Assembly: GCA_038851755.1 (NCBI GenBank)
Contig: JAWCKR010000004.1
Span: 25,332 to 89,331, forward strand
Origin: Candidatus Hadarchaeales archaeon
GTDB lineage: Archaea > Hadarchaeota > Hadarchaeia > Hadarchaeales > WYZ-LMO6
Length of the DNA stretch: 64,000 nucleotides
Direction: 5' to 3'
The notes below the pieces were generated by a model that saw only the letters and a program-made list of their open reading frames with translations, searched no databases and was not told where the DNA came from. Positions 63,908-64,000 of the stretch are shown here, in pieces (the stretch's first letter is position 1; the number at the start of each line of letters is the position of its first letter). Made by a program: the position numbers and the translations under genes.

Positions 63908-64000
63908 GGGGAAAGGTGGCCTTCACCGTGGACCTGGAGGAGGATGCGCCCCCCTTCCTGCGCACCTGGAGGGGGATGGAGAAAGGTCTTCCCGCCCTGC
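63904..64000 (+). CDS. Probable polysaccharide deacetylase, 5' fragment (runs off window)
   Basis: TTG overlapping the GT4 stop: MRGKVAFTVDLEEDAPPFLRTWRGMEKGLPAL, a NodB-like TVDxE motif. Confidence 0.55.
   Translation, partial: MRGKVAFTVDLEEDAPPFLRTWRGMEKGLPAL

Overview
A gene-dense, GC-rich archaeal chromosome segment. Archaeal markers include EF-2, eL41/eS32, uL16, thermosome, Rpo6, FEN1, CarS, SepCysS, intron-containing tRNAs and TATA-type promoters. The tungsten-type AOR, [NiFe] hydrogenase and class II RNR point to an anaerobe. A thermophilic Hadarchaeota-like lineage is my unverified guess. Most of the window is housekeeping. The best candidate for an undescribed system is a ~10 kb putative lipid/fatty-acid handling locus at 33.5-43.3 kb. 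It contains two MFS transporters, a FadH-like 2,4-dienoyl-CoA reductase, an AOR, three tandem SCP2 lipid carriers and a long-chain acyl-CoA ligase. Two of the SCP2 genes share identical DNA blocks around a length-variable insert. The locus is followed by a lectin-bearing pilin and an MvhGA-type hydrogenase operon. Other points of note: a tRNA-Asp with a non-canonical 21/22 intron alongside an apparently alpha4-type EndA; a stand-alone 5S rRNA; bacterial-type glgB, purU, RlmD-like and PhlG-like genes; a SepCysS/NIL-ferredoxin/UPF0280 sulfur cassette; and two small CDSs missing from the ORF track. No CRISPR array, transposase, integrase or intein was recognised. All family assignments come from motif recognition by eye, not database searches.
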